Assembly (NCBI GenBank): GCA_963677485.1
Contig: OY781964.1
Span: 2,816,001-2,880,000, forward strand
Source: Armatimonadota bacterium
GTDB lineage: Bacteria > Armatimonadota > HRBIN16
Length of the DNA: 64,000 nucleotides
Reading direction: 5' to 3'
Below the pieces are notes generated by a model. It was not told the DNA's origin. It saw only the letters and a list, made by a program, of their open reading frames with translations, and made no database searches. Shown one piece after another: positions 9,882-18,975 of this stretch. Each line of letters begins with the position of its first letter. The first letter of the stretch is position 1. Made by a program: the position numbers and the translations under genes.

Positions 9882-10221
9882 AGGGGAGGCCAATCGGGAG
9901 ATTGGCGTGCCCAGGGGGCGGATTTTAACCACGGGTGGACACGAATGGACGCGAATGGGTGACCGGTGTAGGGGCATTCCCCCTGTGGTTGCCCCCAGAC
10001 AGACACGGCAAACGGCCCCTGGGGTTCCCTGATACCTCACGCGGTGGGCGCGGAGGTGGCCCATCCGAACTCATCCTCCCCATCCGCGTAATCCGTGGTT
10101 CAGACAACCCTCCCGCACCGTCAAACCCGGAAAGACCGCCCCGGTTAGGAGAAAACCGGCGCGGACATGGCATCTCCCTCCCTCTTCGTGTCTTCGTGGC
10201 GTCACCTGTGGTGTCGCGTGA
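9882..10221. repeat. Mixed repeat cluster (REPs and short-period repeats) upstream of proS
   Basis: GCCAATCGGGAGATTGGC palindrome (inverted copy near 61940-61966), AACCACGG...CCGTGGTT inverted pair, GTAG REP 9968-9994, and an inverted copy of the 2523-2560 repeat at ~10181-10221. Confidence 0.8.
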
Positions 10222-10332
10222 GATTCCGGACAACCCACCCCCCGTCTGGCACCGGAACGCGGTACCCCGTACAATATCCATGTGGAATAACGCCCCCCAA
10301 GGGTAGGAGGGGCTCACAGGAGGAACCGTACC

Positions 10333-11772
10333 TTGCCAAAAGAAGGAATCACCCCCCGAAGTCAGGACTACAGTCAGTGGTACCTCGACATCGTGCAGAC
10401 GGCCGAAATGGCGGACTACTCCGCGGTGCGCGGCTGTATGGTCATCCGTCCCCATGGTTACGCCATCTGGGAAGGCATCGTCAGCGAGCTTGACCGCCGC
10501 ATCAAAGAGACCGGACATCAGAACGCCTATTTCCCGCTGTTCATCCCACTCAGTTTTCTCACCAAAGAGGCCGAACACGTGGAGGGATTCGCCCCCGAGG
10601 TGGCACTGGTCACCAGGGGTGGAGGCGAGGAGTTAGCCGAACCGCTGGTCGTGCGACCCACCAGCGAGGCCATCATCGGCAACAGCTTCAGCAAATGGAT
10701 CAAGAGCTGGCGCGACCTGCCGCTGCTCATCAACCAGTGGGCCAATGTGGTTCGCTGGGAAATGCGCACGCGCCCCTTCCTGCGCACCACAGAGTTCCTG
10801 TGGCAGGAGGGCCATACCGCCCACGCCACGGGTGAGGAGGCCAACGAAGAGGCACTGATGGTGCTGCACCACATCTACAAGGACTTCGCCGAGAAGGTGA
10901 TGGCCCTGCCGGTGTTGGTCGGCCGCAAAAGCGAAAAAGAGAAGTTCGCTGGCGCAGAGGCCACCTACGCCATCGAGGCGATGATGCAGGACGGCCGCGC
11001 GCTGCAGTCTGGCACCACGCACTATCTGGGGCAGAACTTCGCCAAGGCGTTTGACATCACCTACACCACCGCGGACAACAAGCTGGAATACGCCCACACC
11101 TCCAGTTGGGGCGTCTCCACGCGGCTCATCGGCGCACTCATCATGGCGCATTCCGATGACGAGGGGTTGGTTCTTCCGCCCGCGCTGGCACCCATTCAAG
11201 TGGTGGTCGTGCCCATCTACCGCAAGGAAGAGGAGCGCGCCAGCGTGATGGAGGCGATTGAACGCATCACCTCCGACTGGAAAGGCAAGTTCCGCTTCAA
11301 ACTGGACGACCGCGACCAGGTGAGCCCGGGCTTCAAGTTCAACGAATGGGAGAGCAAGGGCGTGCCCGTGCGCGTGGAAGTGGGCCCCAAAGACGTTCAG
11401 AAGGGCACCGTGGCTCTGGCTCGGCGCGACATGCCCGGCAAGGCCGGCAAGAGCTTCGTGCCGCAAGAGGGTCTGACCGACACGGTGGTGGCTCTGCTGG
11501 CCGACATCCAGCAAAGCCTCTACCAGAAGGCCCTGGACTTCCGCGAGGCGCACATGCAGACGGTCAACAGCTACGAAGAGCTGACCGCCGCTGTGCAGAC
11601 GGGCTTCGCCCGATGTTACTGGGACGGCAGCCGCGAGGACGAACAGAAGGTGCAGGATGAGCTGAAAGCCACCATCCGCGTCATCCCGTTCGACCAGCCG
11701 GATGAAGAGGGCACCTGCGTGCTCACCGGCCGGCCGACCAAGCAGATGGTCATCTTCGCAAAAAGCTACTAG
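10333..11772 (+). CDS. proS: Proline--tRNA ligase (archaeal/eukaryote-like type)
   Basis: [57 protein letters not shown]-terminal FAKSY. TTG start with AGGAGG RBS. Confidence 0.97.
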   Translation: MPKEGITPRSQDYSQWYLDIVQTAEMADYSAVRGCMVIRPHGYAIWEGIVSELDRRIKETGHQNAYFPLFIPLSFLTKEAEHVEGFAPEVALVTRGGGEELAEPLVVRPTSEAIIGNSFSKWIKSWRDLPLLINQWANVVRWEMRTRPFLRTTEFLWQEGHTAHATGEEANEEALMVLHHIYKDFAEKVMALPVLVGRKSEKEKFAGAEATYAIEAMMQDGRALQSGTTHYLGQNFAKAFDITYTTADNKLEYAHTSSWGVSTRLIGALIMAHSDDEGLVLPPALAPIQVVVVPIYRKEEERASVMEAIERITSDWKGKFRFKLDDRDQVSPGFKFNEWESKGVPVRVEVGPKDVQKGTVALARRDMPGKAGKSFVPQEGLTDTVVALLADIQQSLYQKALDFREAHMQTVNSYEELTAAVQTGFARCYWDGSREDEQKVQDELKATIRVIPFDQPDEEGTCVLTGRPTKQMVIFAKSY

Positions 11773-11797
11773 CGGCTCTGATCTCTGGATATCTGAA

Positions 11798-11832
11798 ACA
11801 GGCCGAGGTGCATATGAAGCACCTCGGCCTGT
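11798..11832. terminator. Hairpin between convergent proS and TolC-like genes (probable bidirectional terminator)
   Basis: ACAGGCCGAGGTGC / GCACCTCGGCCTGT perfect 14-bp stem. Confidence 0.8.
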
Positions 11833-11835
11833 CCG

Positions 11836-13149
11836 CTATTTGGTATAACGACCTACCGCACGGTCAAGCTCAACTTGCGATGAGAGCTGATCGTATCGGG
11901 CGTTCACAAGGTTGCTTTGCGCCTGTGTGAAAGCCAGTTCCGCATCACTCAACTCCACCTGACTCGCCATGCCTTCTGCATAGCGGGCACGGGAGAGGCG
12001 CAGGCTTTCGGTCGCCTGTTCGAGCCCTTTGCTTGCGGTGGTCAGTTTTTCCGAAGCATTTTGAACATGAACATAGGCTACACGCACCTGAAGGGTGATC
12101 GCCGCCTTCGTGTCCTCCTCTGCGGTGGCCGCTGAGCGGATTCCCGCTTTGGCCTGCTCCAGCCGACCAGACCTCTGCCCGCCATCAAACACTGGAACTG
12201 ACACCGTGAGTGCGACGGAGGCATTGCTGTCCTGATGGGCTCTCTCCGCTGCATCCACCTTGGCAGTGGCACTCAGCACCACGCTGGGGCTCATGTCTCT
12301 GCCGGCCAGTTTGTGGTTCAACTTGGCCAATAACGCATTCTTGCCGGCAATTGCCAGCTCTGGGCGGTTGTTCAAGGCTTCGGTCAGGTATGTCTCATAC
12401 GATCCGAGCGTCACTGCCTGATCGGCAGGCTTCACCAGCTCCAGTGGGGCATTGACATCCATGCCCATCATACGGTTGATGATTGACTTAGTGACCTGAA
12501 TGGCATTCGTGGCATTGATGACCGACTGTTGTGCAGCCGAAATCGCCGCATCTGCCCGGATGGTATCTACCTTGGATGCGATCCCCGTTTCGACCAGCGA
12601 CTCAGCGGTGTGCTTGCGTGTGACTGCGTTGCGCATCGCCTCCTCCGCTACAGCCAGCATCTCCTGGCTGCGCAGCATATCGTAATAGGCCATCTTGGTC
12701 TGCATCACCACATCGTTGCGGGTGCCGGTAACCATCAAGTTGGCTGATTGCGCATTGGCCTGCGCGGCATGTGTCCCAGTGCGGATCATTCCGCTGAAGT
12801 CGAGGACCTGACTGACGGATACCCCGTATGAAGCGACAGCTTGAGGCACATACGGGAAGTTGTAAGTGACCAGTTGCTGGTTGTCAATCCCAACGGCCAA
12901 AGGCAGGTTGATCTCTGCGCTTCGATCCGAGGCATATCCAAACATGCCGAGATGGGGGTTTGCTGTGCTTCGGGCCTCCTTGACACGGCCTTCGGCGGCG
13001 TCTGCGTTCTGTTTTGAAAGCTGTATTGCATAGTTATGGGTGAGTGCGGTGGTCACGCATTCATCGATTGTCTGTGCTGTCTGTGCAAAGCACATAGAGG
13101 GCAGCACGCAGAGCACTGCGCATATATAGGTTTTTGATCTTGTTTTCAT
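11836..13149 (-). CDS. TolC family outer-membrane efflux protein
   Basis: Signal peptide, two OEP halves (TALTHNYAI..., ALNNRPEL..., SVPVFDGG, YAEGMASQVELSDAE). Confidence 0.92.
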   Translation of the reverse strand: MKTRSKTYICAVLCVLPSMCFAQTAQTIDECVTTALTHNYAIQLSKQNADAAEGRVKEARSTANPHLGMFGYASDRSAEINLPLAVGIDNQQLVTYNFPYVPQAVASYGVSVSQVLDFSGMIRTGTHAAQANAQSANLMVTGTRNDVVMQTKMAYYDMLRSQEMLAVAEEAMRNAVTRKHTAESLVETGIASKVDTIRADAAISAAQQSVINATNAIQVTKSIINRMMGMDVNAPLELVKPADQAVTLGSYETYLTEALNNRPELAIAGKNALLAKLNHKLAGRDMSPSVVLSATAKVDAAERAHQDSNASVALTVSVPVFDGGQRSGRLEQAKAGIRSAATAEEDTKAAITLQVRVAYVHVQNASEKLTTASKGLEQATESLRLSRARYAEGMASQVELSDAELAFTQAQSNLVNARYDQLSSQVELDRAVGRYTK

Positions 13150-13198
13150 GGTTTACCTCGAGTTGTTGAACGTATCATCGGCTGACAGATTGAGCTGA

Positions 13199-14797
13199 TT
13201 AGTGCATAGAAGCCTGAACCTTCGGTTCTCCCGGTTTGGGATCCCTTAAGAACACAATGAAGGGCAACACGATGGCAAATACGATGGCGATGATCAGGAA
13301 CAGGTCATTGTATGACATGATCACCGCCTGGCCTTGTATGGTTTGTTGCAGAACATACAGCGACTTGCCTTGAGCGGTCGCGATATCCGAACCTTTGCTC
13401 ATAAACGCTTGCTGATACATCGTAAACCGTGCGAGAGTTTCTGGGTTGTAGATGTTGATATGCTCCGTTATCATCGTATCGTGAAAGTGAATCCGCTTAG
13501 TGAGGATGGTGGAGATCAATGCAATTCCAATGGTGCCGCCCAGTTGACGGGTCATATTGAACAGCCCAGATCCATCTCCTAGATCGGTGCCTGTCAACCC
13601 TGCCAGGCTGGCCGTCATTAACGGAGCCATGATGAACCCGATACCGACACCCAGCCATACCTGCGGCCAGAGGATGTGCTCTGGTCCGCTGAGATAGGTG
13701 ACGCTGTTCAAGGCATACATGGAACCTGCACTACAGAGAACCCCAATCACCACCACCAACCGCGCGGGTACCTTATTGCCTATAAACCCGGTGAGCATCA
13801 TGGCTACCGAGGAGGCCAGTACCCATGTCAACATAATCACACCAGACTGTTGTGCGGTATACCCTCGAAGGTTCTGTAGGAATACTGGCAGTACAAAAAG
13901 CGTACTGAACAAACCAACACCTGAGACGAACGAGCATATGCATCCTGCCGCCAGCGCTTGATTCTTGAATACCCGCAGATTGACGATAGGATACTCTGTC
14001 GTCAGAGACCGGTAGATGAACAACACCATGCTCACGGTACTGATGATGAGCAGCCATACGATGAAGTTTGACTGCATCCATCCTTGTCGTTCGCCTTTCT
14101 CCAGCATCACCAGCAGACATCCCAGCCAGGAGGACAGCAGCACAATACCGGCGACATCAATCGGTTTGGTCAAATCGGCGGGAATTTGCGGTTCCTTAAT
14201 CATCGCCCATAACACCATGATCGCTGCGATGCCGGGCAGCACGTTGACATAGAATATCCATGGCCAGGCGTAGTTGTCTACCAAGTATCCCCCAATGATA
14301 GGACCTAAAGCAGGACCCACCATGACCCCTGTACCAACCAACGCTGTGACTAGTCCTGCTCTTTCGGGAGGAAAAACATCCAGCAAAGTTGATAATCCGG
14401 TGGACATCAAGGCCGCTCCGCCGATCCCTTGCAATATCCGGTAGAAGATCAGCAGACCCAAAGTCGTGGCTGTTCCACACAGGAGCGAGGTTATCGTAAA
14501 TGTAATTAACGAGGTGACCAAGAGCTTTCGGCGGCCGAACCGCGCTTCCAGCCAACCCGACATCGGCAGCACAATCACGTTGGTCAGCATATATCCTATG
14601 GACACCCAACTTATCTGGTCTATGGTCACACCAAGGTTGCCCATCATCGTAGGAATAGCTACGTTAATGATGGTCGAGTCCAGTGCTACCAGGATGATGC
14701 CCAATGTGATTCCTGCTAGTATCAATAGCCGCTGGTTTCGATTGTAGCGCATATACTCGGCGACAGGCTGTGATGTTTTTTGGCTCATATCAGCCAC
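13199..14797 (-). CDS. DHA2 family MFS efflux permease (EmrB/QacA)
   Basis: LDSTIINVAIP, GWLEARFGRR, GPALGPIIGG, WPWIFYVNV; many TM segments. Confidence 0.93.
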   Translation of the reverse strand: MADMSQKTSQPVAEYMRYNRNQRLLILAGITLGIILVALDSTIINVAIPTMMGNLGVTIDQISWVSIGYMLTNVIVLPMSGWLEARFGRRKLLVTSLITFTITSLLCGTATTLGLLIFYRILQGIGGAALMSTGLSTLLDVFPPERAGLVTALVGTGVMVGPALGPIIGGYLVDNYAWPWIFYVNVLPGIAAIMVLWAMIKEPQIPADLTKPIDVAGIVLLSSWLGCLLVMLEKGERQGWMQSNFIVWLLIISTVSMVLFIYRSLTTEYPIVNLRVFKNQALAAGCICSFVSGVGLFSTLFVLPVFLQNLRGYTAQQSGVIMLTWVLASSVAMMLTGFIGNKVPARLVVVIGVLCSAGSMYALNSVTYLSGPEHILWPQVWLGVGIGFIMAPLMTASLAGLTGTDLGDGSGLFNMTRQLGGTIGIALISTILTKRIHFHDTMITEHINIYNPETLARFTMYQQAFMSKGSDIATAQGKSLYVLQQTIQGQAVIMSYNDLFLIIAIVFAIVLPFIVFLRDPKPGEPKVQASMH

Positions 14798-16369
14798 CTA
14801 TTGGGTAGTAATGACTGCGGTGACAGACATCCCGGCATGTAGGCGGTCAATGCCCCGTTGGTCTGGAGTGATCGTGAGTTTTACCGGGATACGCTGCACT
14901 ACTTTTGTGAAGTTCCCAGATGCATTATCTGGTGGGAGCAGGGCGAATGTCGCACCGGTTCCAGAAGCGATGCTATTGACAGTGGCCGCAAAGGACTGCC
15001 CTGCCAGGCTGTCGACTTTGATTTCTGCACTCTGACCAGGCCTGAGTTTTGCCATCTGCGTCTCTTTGAAGTTTGCGACCACCCAGATGTTTTGCGACGG
15101 TGGGGGCACAATCGCCATCAACGGCATACCGGGTTGGACGAGTACGCCTTCATTTACGCTGCGCTTGCTGACAATACCCGCAACAGGTGCCGTAATTCGG
15201 GTGTAGGACAATCGGAGTTTAGCGTCGGCGAGTGCCGCCCGTGCCTGACTAACCCTGGCACTTGCTTGATGTGCTGCGGCTTGGCTCATCGCCACCTGTT
15301 TTGGAGCCGTTTGTGCCTGTGTCAGCATCGCGAGGGCCTGTGTGTGACGCGCTCTTGAAATCAGCACCGCACTCCCAGATGAGACTAACTGAGCCCTTGC
15401 CTGTGTCACGCCAGCCAGCGCGGCATTATGCAGCTCCTGAGCCGCGGCATACTGAGCCTGTGCCTGATTGATGGTGGCATTCGCTGAAATAGTCTGCTCT
15501 TTGGCGGCACGCAGATCGGCCTTTTTCGCGTTAAGTGAGGACTTAGTTGAACCCAAATGCTGCTGCGCCGTCTGTAGCTGTGACTTCGCAATCTGCTCAC
15601 CGACGGCGGCTTGTTCCGCCACCTGGGTTCCAATCACATTATCGGATAGAAGTTTTTTGTATCTTGCGTTGTCGTTGACGGCTTTAGTATAGACCGCTTC
15701 TGCTGTTTCCAATGCGGCAGTTGCTGAGTTAACGTCGGTCTCTGCGGTTTCTACTTGTGCAGAAGCCGCCTCTATGGCAGCATCAGCGCGCCTTTGCTGA
15801 GCTTGCGCAGAGATGATGGCGGATTTCGCAACGGTGATGTTCGCTTGCACCCCTTTGGCATTAGCCGAGGCTTGCATCACGGAGGCTTCGTTGCGTGCCA
15901 CATCAGCTTCAGAACCGCCGATAGCACTCTCTGCTTGATTGGCCCCTGCTTCCGATTGTTGAATCTGAGCCATGCCGGTATCGTTGGTCAGCCCGACGTT
16001 GACTCCGCTCGCTTGTGCTGCGGCGATAGCCACGTCGAGGTTGGCTTCCGCCTGCTGAACTGATGTTTTATATGTGGAATCATCTAGCACTGCGATCAAC
16101 TGTCCTGCTTGAACATGCTGGTTATCTGTCATGTAGACCCGTTTCACTGTTCCGCTTACCTGGGGAGCGATAGTGATGATGTCAGCGGTCAGATAGGCGT
16201 CATCAGTGGAGGCATGCGCTGAGGAATACCTCCAGTAGTTCGTCCCACCGACAATGACGGCTATGGTGATTGCTACAACCGCGATCTTACCCAGCAAGTT
16301 TGCGGTCGTTTTGTTTTTTTGCATTACGTGATGATCGGGTTTCATATCAGATGGTTCTGATGCGCTCAT
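14798..16369 (-). CDS. HlyD/EmrA family membrane fusion protein with long coiled coil
   Basis: STDDAY, APQVSG, ITAPVAG, WVVANFKETQ, FALLPPDNASGNFTKVVQRIPV. Confidence 0.93.
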   Translation of the reverse strand: MSASEPSDMKPDHHVMQKNKTTANLLGKIAVVAITIAVIVGGTNYWRYSSAHASTDDAYLTADIITIAPQVSGTVKRVYMTDNQHVQAGQLIAVLDDSTYKTSVQQAEANLDVAIAAAQASGVNVGLTNDTGMAQIQQSEAGANQAESAIGGSEADVARNEASVMQASANAKGVQANITVAKSAIISAQAQQRRADAAIEAASAQVETAETDVNSATAALETAEAVYTKAVNDNARYKKLLSDNVIGTQVAEQAAVGEQIAKSQLQTAQQHLGSTKSSLNAKKADLRAAKEQTISANATINQAQAQYAAAQELHNAALAGVTQARAQLVSSGSAVLISRARHTQALAMLTQAQTAPKQVAMSQAAAHQASARVSQARAALADAKLRLSYTRITAPVAGIVSKRSVNEGVLVQPGMPLMAIVPPPSQNIWVVANFKETQMAKLRPGQSAEIKVDSLAGQSFAATVNSIASGTGATFALLPPDNASGNFTKVVQRIPVKLTITPDQRGIDRLHAGMSVTAVITTQ

Positions 16370-16456
16370 GACATCCTCCAGTTAGTTGAAATGGCAGGGG
16401 TGATACCTACCATCGCAGGGATAGTTGGTGATAGACTGATTGATACAGCCATCATG

Positions 16457-16478
16457 ATAGTTAGTGGTCACTAACTAT
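16457..16478. promoter_or_regulatory. Probable TetR operator
   Basis: Perfect palindrome ATAGTTAGTG-GT-CACTAACTAT just downstream of the efflux operon promoter. Confidence 0.8.
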
Positions 16479-16483
16479 ATTTC

Positions 16484-16511
16484 ATAATATACTATTTCTA
16501 TAGTTTGTCAA
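16484..16511 (-). promoter_or_regulatory. sigma70-type promoter of the efflux operon
   Basis: Minus strand TTGACA (16511-16506), 16 bp spacer, TATTAT (16489-16484). Confidence 0.65.
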
Positions 16512-18170
16512 TAGTATCTTACCAACCATATTTTGAACACGGTGTATAGAATATTCTGATATTACGCACCACACAAAGCGTTAGGCACAACGATCTGGCG
16601 AATAGCAAGTGCTGCCATGATGATACGCTTGCCAAGTGCAGTGAGGTAGTATTTGTAGCGTTTACCGCATTTTTTAACGAGCCGGAATACTCGGCATCGC
16701 TTGATGAAGTATGATATCTGAGAGCTGGACATCTGCGGTAAGGCTTTTTGAAGCATACGGTTTGTGATCCCGCTGATGCATCCCTCTCCGCGAGCAAGTG
16801 CAATGAGACATTCCAAATCCTTCTTGAGGAAAAGGTTGAATCCTCGATACGAGCGATGATCACGGGTGGTCGAGGTCGCGATTTTGATGATCTGATGTTC
16901 ACCATCGCTGTTGTCATCAAGGGCGGAAAGAAAGTCAAGATATCTGTTGTTTGCAGATAATAACAGTTCCCTCAATGGAGGAAGGCTGTAGATGGTCTTT
17001 TGCATAGGGGCGTATTTAATCTCAGTCGTCCCATCATGATGTTCTACCTCACGGTAGTGTTTAAATTCAGAGACGTCATTCACAGTCGTCTCGATACGCA
17101 AGATTATCCCTTGCTTGTCATACATTTTGATAGAAGCCCATCCCATGTAGTGTTTGATGCGCGTGCCTTGTATGCGGCGATCGAACTTGTAGTCAGTGCC
17201 GATCTCAGCGAGTGTTCGCCCATCAAGTTTCTTACCAAGAAACATCGCGATAGACTCTGGCGTTACCGTATGTATCGCTGTTTTGACTAGATTATCGTAG
17301 ATGGCTTTGAGGTCTTCGGCGCGTTTGAACACGATGTCTGTAGCATATTCCACCTGCATTAGCGACCAATGATATGAATTGTCAGCAAGCCGTATCACGG
17401 GGCAATACATTCTGGCAAATGCATCCAGCGCATGGTGCAGCTTATCAGCAGGAAAAGCGTCTGCCAGCCTCTGAGCACAGCTAAAGTCGTCGATTTTTAC
17501 AAAGGCGTTGTCCAGTGGAGTGAAAACTACTCCCTCGGATTGAAGGCAATGCGCGAGATAATTGTGTCCATTACAATAGAATTGCAGACGGAAGGGCACC
17601 CAGGTCGGAACTCGTAGATAGCACAGTCCAAACTCTGCATCGATGAAATAGAAGTAGTAATGAAGACACTTGGTCTCCTTGATATTCAGCCGGGTTTTGT
17701 GGGTAATCTTGTCGTGCCACGGGGTGTATGCAGGACATTTTTCCAACACTGAGAATATGTGGACGAGACCGGGGTGACACCCTCGACTACTAATGATCTC
17801 TTTGATGCGGTCTTCTTTTCGAAATGAAGAGGCACGGCGTATATACTCAATTTCAATGCTGTTGGTAACGGCAAGGCGTTCCGCATTGGCTTTGATCTCA
17901 TCTCGTAGAGGTTCGGCAAATTCCTTAGGAAAGTCAAATAGCCTGATGTTGCGTTGATGAAGATAGATGCCCATTCCGTCGCTATGACACCAGCCTGGGA
18001 TTGTACCGGTGATAACTATGCGGTCGAAGCATGAATATACCCCAGCTATCTGCTTTGCATAGCGTTCTTGAAGTGATGTCATTCTGGGCAACCTCACGAA
18101 AGGGTGTTTGAATGTATATTACGTGGCGAATGCAATCATTCCTTTTTTGGTTGCGGCTAAGCCGCCTTAG
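16512..18170 (-). mobile_element. Putative TIR-less insertion element (candidate rolling-circle type)
   Basis: Single ORF splitting a tetR/efflux divergon. Terminal hairpin GCGGC-TAA-GCCGC (18153-18165). TAG at both inferred junctions (16512-14, 18168-70). No TIR or TSD seen. Boundaries are approximate. Confidence 0.6.
16562..18097 (-). CDS. Putative transposase with Rep_trans-like motifs and C-terminal wHTH (often mis-annotated as a MarR regulator)
   Basis: 511 aa; QVEYATD, IKMYDK, LRIETTVN in the order of the Rep_trans RxDxAxD / YxK / RxE motifs; wHTH-like C-terminus ...YKYYLTALG. Confidence 0.7.
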   Translation of the reverse strand: MRLPRMTSLQERYAKQIAGVYSCFDRIVITGTIPGWCHSDGMGIYLHQRNIRLFDFPKEFAEPLRDEIKANAERLAVTNSIEIEYIRRASSFRKEDRIKEIISSRGCHPGLVHIFSVLEKCPAYTPWHDKITHKTRLNIKETKCLHYYFYFIDAEFGLCYLRVPTWVPFRLQFYCNGHNYLAHCLQSEGVVFTPLDNAFVKIDDFSCAQRLADAFPADKLHHALDAFARMYCPVIRLADNSYHWSLMQVEYATDIVFKRAEDLKAIYDNLVKTAIHTVTPESIAMFLGKKLDGRTLAEIGTDYKFDRRIQGTRIKHYMGWASIKMYDKQGIILRIETTVNDVSEFKHYREVEHHDGTTEIKYAPMQKTIYSLPPLRELLLSANNRYLDFLSALDDNSDGEHQIIKIATSTTRDHRSYRGFNLFLKKDLECLIALARGEGCISGITNRMLQKALPQMSSSQISYFIKRCRVFRLVKKCGKRYKYYLTALGKRIIMAALAIRQIVVPNALCGA

Positions 18171-18276
18171 GACTAGCAGAAATGAGCTCATGAAATGGTA
18201 TGAGCAAACTGCAGTAGGTAGCTGACAGGCAGAATGAAGTAAAATGGGGTGGGCAGGAATACACATGGAGATTTGC

Positions 18277-18855
18277 ATGAACGCATATGATAAGTCGGAG
18301 ATGACGCATTCGGATCAAACAAGAGAGCGGCTGCTCACATCAGGGCTGAACCTGCTGGCAGTGAAGGGATACCGCGGTGCTGTCACCCGCGAGATCGCTG
18401 CAGGAGCAGGCGTCACTGAAATGACGTTATATCGCCATTTTCGGTCAAAAGACGAACTTTTCGCCGCCGCCATTGATGTTAATGGCAAACGGATGTTGTC
18501 ACTCATTCCAGAACCGAGCGGTGACATCACAGCCGATCTGGTGCTACTCTCTGCGAACTTGGCCAAACAGATTCACGCCGTTTTAATGCAACTTATTCAA
18601 ATCGTACCGGAATTACGGCAACACGATGAGTTAAAAGAACAGGTCAATAAGGCGAAGCACGAGTTCCGGACCAAACTGATAACACTCTTGAGCTATTACA
18701 CCAATGGTAACGCGCCTAGCACCTCGGATACGATGCGGTTCTACATGTTTATTGGACCCATACTGCTGCACTTGCTGGACAGTGATGATTCTGAGTTTGT
18801 GTTTGACTGCGAACAACACGTTAAATTGTTCCTGGAAGGTATCTCCGTCGCCTAG
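18277..18855 (+). CDS. TetR/AcrR family transcriptional regulator
   Basis: TRERLL...KGYRGAVTREIAAGAGVTEMTLYRHFRSKDELF HTH; GGAG RBS before ATG 18277. Confidence 0.93.
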   Translation: MNAYDKSEMTHSDQTRERLLTSGLNLLAVKGYRGAVTREIAAGAGVTEMTLYRHFRSKDELFAAAIDVNGKRMLSLIPEPSGDITADLVLLSANLAKQIHAVLMQLIQIVPELRQHDELKEQVNKAKHEFRTKLITLLSYYTNGNAPSTSDTMRFYMFIGPILLHLLDSDDSEFVFDCEQHVKLFLEGISVA

Positions 18856-18975
18856 CCACGCTGCTTCCCTTCTGAAGGAACCTGCTCCCTTCACGGTGAA
18901 ATGGTAAGTTAGCAATACTGCCATATCGCACTACTGTGTAACACATCGGCAGCACCGTATCCAAGGGGGCAATCA

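Noticed and set aside
16562-18097. MarR-family regulator
   Set aside because: At 511 aa it is far too long; the wHTH is only the C-terminal part and the position indicates an insertion.
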